From positions 1 to 12,509 of the forward strand of contig JBAXBA010000098.1 of assembly GCA_037142195.1 (NCBI GenBank): a DNA stretch of 12,509 nucleotides, written 5' to 3'. Position 1 is the first letter of the stretch, and every line of letters starts with the position of its first letter. The DNA comes from Pseudomonadota bacterium (GTDB lineage Bacteria; Bdellovibrionota_B; Oligoflexia; Oligoflexales; CAIMVM01). Positions 1-7,295 of the stretch are shown here, piece after piece. The notes below the pieces were generated by a model that searched no databases, was not told the origin of the DNA, and saw nothing but the letters and a program-made list of their open reading frames with translations. The position numbers and the translations under genes were made by a program.

Positions 1-1970
1 GCGAATAGACAAATCGCCTGTGCTGTTTGGCGTATAATTTACCGAGGCAATACCCGTGCTATCTGTTGTGGATGTTGCCGAAGTGAAGCTTCCGCTAGGG
101 CCACTCACCACCGAAAAGGTAACCAAAGCATTACTAACCGCAGAGTCCCCTTGAAGCGCCTGAACGCGAAACGGCAAACCAAACGGGACACCTGGAGTGG
201 TGCGTTGATTGTTTCCACTAATTACAACAATTGATTTTTCGCTCACCACGTTAAGTAAAAATGTAACTGTCTGATTGCTCCATGTGGCCTTAATTACCAA
301 CGGGCCGCTGGTGCCTGCAGAGGGCGTAAAGTTTGTCTCCGCCGTGCCAAAACTTCCTAAAGTCGCGATGGGAGCAGAGAATGTCCCTGATGGTCCAGAA
401 TCAACTGTGAACGTCACGTTTTCACCAGAGACAGCAGCTCCACCGCGCACAGCCATTACTTGCAAAGGAATCAAAAACGGGCTGCGAGAAGATGTTGTTT
501 GGTTATTGCCGCCCAAAATAGACAGAGTGTTCATGGGCACCACGGAAAGGGTAAATTCCGTACTCAGATAGGACCAAGATGCGCGCATTGTGACTGCGCC
601 CAAAGTATCGCCAGCTGTGAAATTAAAGCTCGCAATACCACTCGCATTGGTTGTGGCAACTGCGGGAGTAAAAGTAACGTTTGGTCCCGAAACCTTTGTA
701 ACCGTAATGGCCTCTCCCACCACTGGCGATCCATCACGCATCAATTTTACTTGAACAGGATTTGCAAATGCCCCCCCTGGTTGAGTCGATTGCAGATTGC
801 CTGATGCCAAATCCAATGACTCATTGGCAACGCTCAAAAGAAACGTCGCAGTCTTTCCTTCCCAACTGGCGCGAATAGACAAATCGCCTGTGCTGTTTGG
901 CGTATAATTTACCGAGGCAATACCCATGCTATCTGTTGTGGATGTTGCCGAAGTGAGGCTTCCGCTAGGGCCACTCACCACTGAAAAGGTAACCAAAGCA
1001 TTACTAACTGGAGAGTCCCCTTGAAGCGCCTGAACGCGAAACGGCAAACCAAACGGGACACTTGGAGTGGTGCGTTGATTGTTGCCACTAATTATAACAA
1101 TTGATTTTTCGCTCACTACGTTAAGTAAAAATGTAACTGTCTGATTGCTCCATGTGGCCTTAATTACCAACGGGCCGCTGGTGCCTGCAGAGGGCGTAAA
1201 GTTTGTCTCCGCCGTGCCAAAACTTCCTAAAGTCGCGATGGGAGCAGAGAATGTCCCTGATGGTCCAGAATCAACTGTGAACGTCACGTTTTCACCAGAG
1301 ACAGCAGCTCCACCGCGCACAGCCATTACTTGCAAAGGAATCAAAAACGGGCTGCGAGAAGATGTTGTTTGGTTATTGCCGCCCAAAATAGACAGAGTGT
1401 TCATGGGCACCACGGAAAGGGTAAATTCCGTACTCAGATAGGACCAAGATGCGCGCATTGTGACTGCGCCCAAAGTATCGCCAGCTGTGAAATTAAAGCT
1501 CGCAATACCACTCGCATTGGTTGTGGCAACTGCGGGAGTAAAAGTAACGTTTGGTCCCGAAACCTTTGTAACCGTAATGGCCTCTCCCACCACTGGCGAT
1601 CCATCACGCATCAATTTTACTTGAACAGGATTTGCAAATGCCCCCCCTGGTTGAGTCGATTGCAGATTGCCTGATGCCAAATCCAATGACTCATTGGCAA
1701 CGCTCAAAAGAAACGTCGCAGTCTTTCCTTCCCAACTGGCGCGAATAGACAAATCGCCTGTGCTGTTTGGCGTATAATTTACCGAGGCAATACCCGTGCT
1801 ATCTGTTGTGGATGTTGCCGAAGTGAAGCTTCCGCTAGGGCCACTCACCACCGAAAAGGTAACCAAAGCATTACTAACCGGAGAGTTCCCTTGAAGCGCC
1901 TGAACTCGAAACGGCAAACCAAACGGGGCACTTGGCGTGGTGCGTTGATTGTTTCCACTAATCACCACAA
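1..1970. repeat. 870-bp (290-codon) tandem repeat, ~2.26 copies visible; each unit encodes three Ig-like domains (A 95, B 96, C 99 aa)
   Basis: gcgaatagacaaatcgcctg recurs at 1, 871 and 1741. 248-925 reads identical to 1118-1795 by eye, consistent with the identical shadow ORFs in the track. Confidence 0.97.
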
Positions 1971-2772
1971 GCGACTTTGTGGAGGTATCCAATTCACCTG
2001 CAGCAGCTCCCACGATCAACACTGTGAATTGAATGCTCTGTTGCACTCCCCAATGCGCAGTTACGAGCGCAATTCCGGGGCTAGAACCCGCCAAAACAGT
2101 GGTCCTGGCCAGCCCTTGAGAATCGGTGGTGGCTGTGTCGGAGGTTAATGTTAAATCACCTTGATTCACTTCAAACCAAACGGACTGCCCCACACTGGGT
2201 GATTTTCCGTTAAGGAGTTGGACCTCGAGAGCCTTAGATAAAGTCTTGGGTAAAATGCTCTGCATGTTGCCGCTAGAAAAACTCAGAATGGGTGTGTTGG
2301 GGCGCTTCACCGCAATCACTCTGCCGCCACCTTGGCTGCTATCAGCCGACTTAGCCACAACCGAAAACGCCATGACTTGCCCAGCGGGAATTGTGCCTGC
2401 TGGGAGCAAGAACGATGTGCCCGAAAGCGTTGTTAAAATGGAACCGGCATTTGCCGGCATCTGCTCGGCCGAAAGACTTGGACCGTTATTGATTCCGTCG
2501 GCAAATAAGTCGGGCGATGATAAAGTCATCTGATACACAGTGTAGGAAACATTGGTGGTGTTCGATGCTGCGGGCCAATTCAAAACATAGGTGCCATCTG
2601 CGTTTTCAACAATGGAACCAATGCCGTCAAAGCTATACCCCAACAATTTGCTAAGGCCGTTCTGTGGCGAACAGCCAGAAGAATTCAATACAAGCAACAG
2701 CAGAGAACCCGCAAGTATCGCGCGTCTCAATAGACTTATTAGTGCCTGAAAAAGCAAATGAATCAAACTCAT
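1..2772 (-). CDS. Large surface lipoprotein/adhesin with tandem Ig-like (Big_1/invasin-type) domains; 3' end lies beyond the window (>924 aa)
   Basis: Manually translated, open from ATG 2772 to base 1 with no stop. SD GAGG lies 5 nt upstream. N-terminus MSLIHLLFQALISLLRRAILAGSLLLLVLNSSGC has a lipobox-like Cys34 (2671-2673). An FN3-like segment follows (FDGIGSIVENADGTYVLNWPAASNTTNVSYTVY), then ~95-99 aa domains of pattern SGNNQ...V.F.V.SG.....TTD..G.A.......G...I.A.W.....F, typical of Big_1-like repeats. There are 7 complete domains and 1 partial one in the window. Confidence 0.9.
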   Translation of the reverse strand, partial: MSLIHLLFQALISLLRRAILAGSLLLLVLNSSGCSPQNGLSKLLGYSFDGIGSIVENADGTYVLNWPAASNTTNVSYTVYQMTLSSPDLFADGINNGPSLSAEQMPANAGSILTTLSGTSFLLPAGTIPAGQVMAFSVVAKSADSSQGGGRVIAVKRPNTPILSFSSGNMQSILPKTLSKALEVQLLNGKSPSVGQSVWFEVNQGDLTLTSDTATTDSQGLARTTVLAGSSPGIALVTAHWGVQQSIQFTVLIVGAAAGELDTSTKSLVVISGNNQRTTPSAPFGLPFRVQALQGNSPVSNALVTFSVVSGPSGSFTSATSTTDSTGIASVNYTPNSTGDLSIRASWEGKTATFLLSVANESLDLASGNLQSTQPGGAFANPVQVKLMRDGSPVVGEAITVTKVSGPNVTFTPAVATTNASGIASFNFTAGDTLGAVTMRASWSYLSTEFTLSVVPMNTLSILGGNNQTTSSRSPFLIPLQVMAVRGGAAVSGENVTFTVDSGPSGTFSAPIATLGSFGTAETNFTPSAGTSGPLVIKATWSNQTVTFLLNVVSEKSIVIISGNNQRTTPSVPFGLPFRVQALQGDSPVSNALVTFSVVSGPSGSLTSATSTTDSMGIASVNYTPNSTGDLSIRASWEGKTATFLLSVANESLDLASGNLQSTQPGGAFANPVQVKLMRDGSPVVGEAITVTKVSGPNVTFTPAVATTNASGIASFNFTAGDTLGAVTMRASWSYLSTEFTLSVVPMNTLSILGGNNQTTSSRSPFLIPLQVMAVRGGAAVSGENVTFTVDSGPSGTFSAPIATLGSFGTAETNFTPSAGTSGPLVIKATWSNQTVTFLLNVVSEKSIVVISGNNQRTTPGVPFGLPFRVQALQGDSAVSNALVTFSVVSGPSGSFTSATSTTDSTGIASVNYTPNSTGDLSIR

Positions 2773-2810
2773 GTGCACCTCATAGGGCTCTACTGACCCC
2801 TATTTCCAAT

Positions 2811-2838
2811 CCTTCGGCAGGAGGTAAGCAAAACTTGA
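2811..2838 (-). promoter_or_regulatory. Candidate sigma-28 (FliA)-type promoter for the adhesin gene
   Basis: Minus strand reads TCAAGTTT-N12-GCCGAAGG versus consensus TAAAGTTT-N11-GCCGATAA; the -10 element ends ~38 nt upstream of the ATG. The spacer is one nt long. Confidence 0.45.
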
Positions 2839-2905
2839 GGAGCTCAAACTATGGGATTTGTTGGCGCGAAAGGCTGTTTTTGTCAAGATTTGTGATTTTA
2901 GCGCC

Positions 2906-2942
2906 TTAGGCACCCTGAAAAATATAGGTGCCTAATATTTTT
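2906..2942. other. Overlapping inverted repeats (possible terminator, operator or alternative hairpins)
   Basis: ttaggcacc (2906-2914) pairs with ggtgcctaa (2927-2935). aaaaatatagg (2918-2928) pairs with cctaatattttt (2931-2942) with one bulge. Confidence 0.5.
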
Positions 2943-2979
2943 AGACAGTTAGCACGCGAGGTTCGATGATGACACGATC

Positions 2980-4155
2980 CTACTTGCCCGGCGGCTGGTA
3001 CTTGCGGCTCATCATGTCTTTGCGGGCACATGCCATTTTGCCAGGATCGTAACCTTCTCCCGCGGGGCAGCACAGCCCCGATTTGGCGTCGAAGTCGGAA
3101 AAGCCCGTTGGGCATTCCGGGGACACTTCCCCCCCAACTTCGACGCAAAGATTGAGCGGTGTTAACCAATATTTTTTTGTTTGCGGGCAGGTTTGGGTTC
3201 CGTCCAGCTGTGCCTCGGGCTTTGCGACGTGAGGGGTTCCACAATGGGCTGCTGCAAATAGTTCCTTTGCAGCAGCAGTTTGAACCTCTGCCGGTGGGCA
3301 AGGGGTGCCCGCCGTTAGCGCAGTCCATACCGCGTTGATGGCCAAGGCATCGTCTTCAAAAAAACGCTGGTGTCCGCCGGCCATTACCGTTGCGCCGTCA
3401 CTCTCTGCCAAACCATCCCAATGGTGCTTGTAGTCGTAGGCATCGCCAATACCAAAGGCATGGCCCAGCAAGTGAGCCAAAGCCCAATACTCACCTTGCA
3501 CACCGCCTGCACTAATAAGGGCCGTGCGGGTTGTGCCGTTGTACGAGGCCATGCAAACGCGGTTGTCGGGCGCCGCAAAAAATCGACCTTCAAGGTCGCC
3601 CACCTTTCTGGTTTCGCATTTCTCGCCGCGCTTAAGTTCTCGTATGGGGCCCACATCCGCAATTATGGTGATGGCCTCTTTAGGCTTTTGGGTGCACTCG
3701 TTGTTAAGGTAAAAATGAATTTGGACATTTTCGGCAAACCAAGTGCGATTAAACCTCAAAAATGAAAGCCACTGCCGTACCAACGGCTCAACAAGCCTAC
3801 GAACATCTCCGGCCCTAAGTGCTGCCACCGCCGGCGGCACCTGCGCGGTCATATTTTCTGCTACACGCGGTAAAATACAGATGTGAAGCTGTTTTGTACG
3901 ATGAATATCCAAAAGAATAGACTGAGAATTCAGAAGCGAACCCCCTTGAATCGAAGGTTCAATACTTATTTTCTTATCACGAAATTCGCGGTCGGGATCG
4001 TTCCTTAAGAATTGCGTTGTAATAGCGGCAATAATGGCAACAACTACACCGCTAGAGATGCCCATAAATACATTCTTGCGCACATTTTTTTGTGGGAATT
4101 TTTTTTTAGCTTTCGGTAAAAAACCTATAAAGCGCGAAAGCCTCTGTTGCCACAT
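2980..4155 (-). CDS. Membrane-anchored metzincin-like zinc-protease homolog lacking the catalytic Glu, with a Cys-rich C-terminus (391 aa)
   Basis: Basic N-terminus then a hydrophobic helix (GISSGVVVAIIAAITT). Motif AHLLGHAFGIGD resembles HExxHxxGxxD/H and is followed by the Met-turn-like TVMAG. C-terminal CPx(11-12)C units. SD-like GGAAGGGG upstream. Confidence 0.75.
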   Translation of the reverse strand: MWQQRLSRFIGFLPKAKKKFPQKNVRKNVFMGISSGVVVAIIAAITTQFLRNDPDREFRDKKISIEPSIQGGSLLNSQSILLDIHRTKQLHICILPRVAENMTAQVPPAVAALRAGDVRRLVEPLVRQWLSFLRFNRTWFAENVQIHFYLNNECTQKPKEAITIIADVGPIRELKRGEKCETRKVGDLEGRFFAAPDNRVCMASYNGTTRTALISAGGVQGEYWALAHLLGHAFGIGDAYDYKHHWDGLAESDGATVMAGGHQRFFEDDALAINAVWTALTAGTPCPPAEVQTAAAKELFAAAHCGTPHVAKPEAQLDGTQTCPQTKKYWLTPLNLCVEVGGEVSPECPTGFSDFDAKSGLCCPAGEGYDPGKMACARKDMMSRKYQPPGK

Positions 4156-4225
4156 CGTTGCCCCTTCCTATTTTTTGAGTTGCTCATCTGACAAAATAGC
4201 ATTTGCGGAAGTGCAAAAGCAATTT

Positions 4226-4843
4226 TTACAAAGGTAACACGATGGAAAAAATCCCTCGTGACGAGGTCATCGTATAATTGGCATTGATCAGTCTAGAATA
4301 CTCAATTCCCATGGCGAAATCGACATCCAAATCTAGGCCGAACTCATACAAAAGCTTTGCGCCAAAACCCGAAAATGGAATAGCTCCGCTAGCGCTGTTG
4401 AAAAAATACTGCTGCGAGCCGAATCCAAAACGCAAGCCGCCGGTTTTGCTTTCGGTGTAGTTGGCAATGATACCGCGCGAGTCGCGCCACAGTTGTGTGT
4501 CTTGAGTAAATTTCCCCCAGAGGCTATACCATAGCGATACATCTAGTGAGGTAAAGAGAGTTTGTAGACTTTTATCGTAGGAATAGGCTTGACCAATGCC
4601 ACCGCCAACACACCAGTTTTGGCCAATAGCTTTTTCAAAATTCACCTCTGGACCGTTCCCCCACAGAGACGTCCCGGCAATTGTGTATCGGTAGGCCGCG
4701 AGCGAGGCCCGAATGCGAAAAGAAGACTGCTTTTGCTCCAGATTGATTTCTGGTGCTTCGGCCCAAGCCATGGGCGCAAATCCCAGAACAAAAAGCAAAA
4801 GAGCCCCTCGCTGGAAAATCATTTTTCCCAGGCTAACTTGCAT
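4226..4843 (-). CDS. Small outer-membrane beta-barrel protein (~205 aa)
   Basis: Start reassigned to ATG 4843 (GAGG upstream, 11-nt overlap with the upstream gene's end); ATG 4822 is an alternative. Signal peptide ...GALLLFVLGFAPMAWA/E. About 8 amphipathic strands rich in Gly and aromatics (FRIRASLAAYRY, WCVGGGIGQAY, LDVSLWYSLW, LRFGFGSQQYFF, FGAKLLYEFG, FAMGIEYSRL, GIFSIVLPL). Confidence 0.7.
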   Translation of the reverse strand: MQVSLGKMIFQRGALLLFVLGFAPMAWAEAPEINLEQKQSSFRIRASLAAYRYTIAGTSLWGNGPEVNFEKAIGQNWCVGGGIGQAYSYDKSLQTLFTSLDVSLWYSLWGKFTQDTQLWRDSRGIIANYTESKTGGLRFGFGSQQYFFNSASGAIPFSGFGAKLLYEFGLDLDVDFAMGIEYSRLINANYTMTSSRGIFSIVLPL

Positions 4844-6452
4844 CAGGCAATTCCTCTTCGAGCCGATCAGTGGTGGTTTCAGACTGTCGCCTACGAATTT
4901 CTTCAACCGCGCATTGATGAATATAAAGAAATACGGGTGATTCGCGGCTCGGCATAACTCGCTCAAGCTGAGACTTCATCATTTCTAATTTCTTTTCAGC
5001 AATATGCTTTGAAATCTCGTTGAGAATACTTGAGGGCCCAATCCATGCTGAAGCAATATCGCGAGCCGACAGAGACTTTAAAATCTCGTCAATGCTCTCC
5101 GATGGGAGCTGCAGGAGCCATCCCAAGGAAGGGACCTGTGCCATCACTGCAAGAGTTACGCCCTGCATTCCTAGAATTTCGAGCTCATCCTCGTCCGATT
5201 GAATTTTAATGAGCAGCGCCCGCTTGAGAGGCCGCGCCGGACTTTTAGTTTCGGGAAGCGAGGGTGTTAATTGGCTCTGGACCATTTCGTTCGAAGCATA
5301 GAGCGAAAGTCTTTCCGTGGGCCGCAAAGAGAGCGCCGAGAGACGTAGAGGTGAGAGTCTGGATATAATTCCGGGATTGTTGCGCGTAAACTCAGTAAGT
5401 TCGGTCATATCCAAATTCCAAAGCGGAAGTGGCCGCAGATAACTGGGATCTTGATCCATTCCCAAATCTTCTTCGGCATGACCCACCAGAAAACGACCAT
5501 AGTCATTAAGTGCCGGCATGCGATTCAATAAAGAGATCTTGCGCTCAGCTGAAATTCGTCTCCATAAAAAAGCGCCATAGTTATCTTGATGGCTCCAATA
5601 ACAATCGGACAAAAGCGCCAACACGCCCTCTTCTGGAATAGTGGCTAAGCTTTGCCCGTCGTTGCTTAATGGCGCTGTCTGAATTTGCGTTTGAGGGGCC
5701 GAAGCTTGAACCATACTGGGGCGCTGCTCCTGTGCAGAACCGTGGTTGCCTTGTTCGAGGGCCGATCTCACTCCGTTAAGTCCAACTTCTAAAAGAGTGT
5801 TGCGACGACGTTGCATCCCAATTTGAAGAACCACAAAAAGCACAAACAGTAAGCTCGATGCAATCATAACGCCGAGTGCGATAGACTTTGCACTCTTAAA
5901 CTCAAATTGGGATAATTGGCCCGCAAGCTGCTTCGCTTTTTCAATGAGGTCCGGAACTTCGGTTAGCACTTCGGCAAACTTTGCTTCCCAAGCCTTGGCT
6001 TCGCCAACGTTGGAATTACTACTAACCTTGTTTCGGGCTGCCAAAAAATCAGCTGGTAGTGCTTCGACTGTGATCTCAACTTTTTCCGCATAATTTTGAG
6101 CGACCTTGCGAAGTATGGATTGAGCTCCTTTCGGGAGTGTTCCGGATGTAGAGAAAACTGTCACATCTATCAGTGGATAGCTGCTTTCACCAGCTGCGCC
6201 AGCAATCTCGACATTATTTAGGACGAAGGGAGTTCCAGGCATTCTTACTTTTCCTGTTCCTCTTTTCTCGGTAGCCTTCACAACTACGTAAGCGGAGGCA
6301 TCTACCTCTCGAACCAAATTCTGAAGAGCTGTCGCGATTTCGTAATTAGTAGGCGCGTTTTTTTTGTATGCTTCGGCGGCACCGCTAGATGCGCTGGCCA
6401 CTAGAAAAGCCAAAGTACACGCGATTGTGAGAAGGGATCGTAACGTTTTCAT
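4833..6452 (-). CDS. Single-pass membrane protein: signal peptide, periplasmic FliF/RBM-like domain, TM helix, cytoplasmic FliG-like domains (539 aa)
   Basis: Start reassigned to ATG 6452 (MKTLRSLL..., AAGGGG upstream, just after the upstream gene's stop at 6457). TM SIALGVMIASSLLFVLFVVLQIGM is followed by QRRR. The C-terminal ILKSLSARDIASAWIGPSSILNEISKHIAEKKLEMMKSQLERVMPSR aligns by eye with FliG-C (E. coli LLQEVDSESLLIALKGAEQPLREKFLRNMSQRAADILRDDLANRGPVR, recalled). The CDS is secure; the domain calls are less so. Confidence 0.7.
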   Translation of the reverse strand: MKTLRSLLTIACTLAFLVASASSGAAEAYKKNAPTNYEIATALQNLVREVDASAYVVVKATEKRGTGKVRMPGTPFVLNNVEIAGAAGESSYPLIDVTVFSTSGTLPKGAQSILRKVAQNYAEKVEITVEALPADFLAARNKVSSNSNVGEAKAWEAKFAEVLTEVPDLIEKAKQLAGQLSQFEFKSAKSIALGVMIASSLLFVLFVVLQIGMQRRRNTLLEVGLNGVRSALEQGNHGSAQEQRPSMVQASAPQTQIQTAPLSNDGQSLATIPEEGVLALLSDCYWSHQDNYGAFLWRRISAERKISLLNRMPALNDYGRFLVGHAEEDLGMDQDPSYLRPLPLWNLDMTELTEFTRNNPGIISRLSPLRLSALSLRPTERLSLYASNEMVQSQLTPSLPETKSPARPLKRALLIKIQSDEDELEILGMQGVTLAVMAQVPSLGWLLQLPSESIDEILKSLSARDIASAWIGPSSILNEISKHIAEKKLEMMKSQLERVMPSRESPVFLYIHQCAVEEIRRRQSETTTDRLEEELPDAS

Positions 6453-6456
6453 AATG

Positions 6457-7098
6457 CTAATGCCCCTTCTCTGCTTCTGGTGTTGACTCTTGATTGAGAT
6501 TCTGTTTGCCAATGCTTTCCAAAAATTGGCGGCCGGCAAAATCGTCCGGAAACTCTTTAAGTGCAATTTCAACTAACGATTGTGCTTTTGGAAGATCATT
6601 TTTTACAACAAAGCAGCTAGCCTCCAAAAACGTTAGATACGAGAAGGCCGGGTATTTGCCGCGAATTATCTGGATTTTTACCAGCGCCTCATCGGCTCGT
6701 TTTTCTGTTAACAAAATTTGAATCTCCACAATCGCGCGGGCAATGTTGTTTGCATCACGACCTACCGCTGCTTGGCTTCGCGCCCCTTTTGCTTTTTCTC
6801 CTCCAGCATCGAGAGGGTTTTCTGTGGAAGATTCTTTAGGAAGTCGAATTCGAAAGCTCCCTTTATTGGGAATGACCGGCAGCAGCACAACGGTCCTATA
6901 ATCCGAACGCGTAAAGGTCATGGGCTCAATAGGAAGCTCGAGCGACTCACCGCGTTTGATGCTTTTTTCCTGGCTGTTTTCCAAAAGCATGGTCACATCT
7001 TGATCGAATTCCAGTCGATAAGAGTTGGTTGTGGAATTACAACCCACCGCAAAAGTGGCAATCGCAACTAACACAAAGATGTAAACCTGTCTCACCAC
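6457..7098 (-). CDS. Lipoprotein with C-terminal TPR repeats (213 aa)
   Basis: GTG start with AAGGAG 7 nt upstream. Lipobox AVGC (Cys20). TPR-like helices ADEALVKIQIIRGKYP / LTFLEASCFVVKNDLPKAQSLVEIALKEFPDD. Confidence 0.85.
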   Translation of the reverse strand: MVRQVYIFVLVAIATFAVGCNSTTNSYRLEFDQDVTMLLENSQEKSIKRGESLELPIEPMTFTRSDYRTVVLLPVIPNKGSFRIRLPKESSTENPLDAGGEKAKGARSQAAVGRDANNIARAIVEIQILLTEKRADEALVKIQIIRGKYPAFSYLTFLEASCFVVKNDLPKAQSLVEIALKEFPDDFAGRQFLESIGKQNLNQESTPEAEKGH

Positions 7099-7134
7099 GA
7101 GACCGCTCCTTGTTTAAATCTGACTCTTTTTGCA

Positions 7135-7161
7135 CTTTCGGAATATTCATGAACTTCTTGA
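7135..7161 (-). promoter_or_regulatory. Candidate sigma-28 promoter for the TPR-lipoprotein operon
   Basis: Minus strand reads TCAAGAAG-N11-TCCGAAAG, with canonical spacing, 36 nt upstream of the GTG. Confidence 0.55.
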
Positions 7162-7231
7162 ATAAATATTCTTGATAAGGGAAAGATCTTTGAAACGAAG
7201 GTGGCTGTGTCAAGGTTTTGTCGATGGGAGC

Positions 7232-7258
7232 TAAAGTTTTCACTGGGGCTTCCGAAAC
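7232..7258 (+). promoter_or_regulatory. Candidate sigma-28 promoter for motAB
   Basis: TAAAGTTT-N11-TCCGAAAC: perfect -35 octamer, canonical spacing, CCGA core, 37 nt upstream of the motA ATG. Confidence 0.7.
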
Positions 7259-7295
7259 AGGAATGACTATAGGTTCGAGGTGATAAGGAGCAATC

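Noticed and set aside
1..1970. Repeat pair as a diversity-generating retroelement TR/VR or a CRISPR array
   Set aside because: The differences are not adenine-restricted, all copies are in-frame coding, there are no spacers, and no reverse transcriptase or cas gene is in the window.
2881..2886. TTGACA (-) as a sigma-70 -35 for the adhesin gene
   Set aside because: No acceptable -10 hexamer 16-18 nt downstream.
275..2909. Plus-strand ORFs 275-571, 460-804, 1145-1441, 1330-1674, 1891-2148, 2246-2533 and 2664-2909
   Set aside because: Antisense shadows of the long minus-strand Ig-repeat gene; they are duplicated only because the repeat is.
4202..4228. TAAAAATT-N11-TCCGCAAA as a fourth sigma-28 promoter
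   Set aside because: The spacing fits, but the CCGA core is broken and the -35 coincides with the upstream stop codon; too weak to call.
4844..6572. ORF-track N-terminal extensions (starts at 4966 and 6572)
   Set aside because: They overlap upstream genes by more than 100 nt. The downstream ATGs at 4843 and 6452 have SD-like sequences and begin signal peptides.
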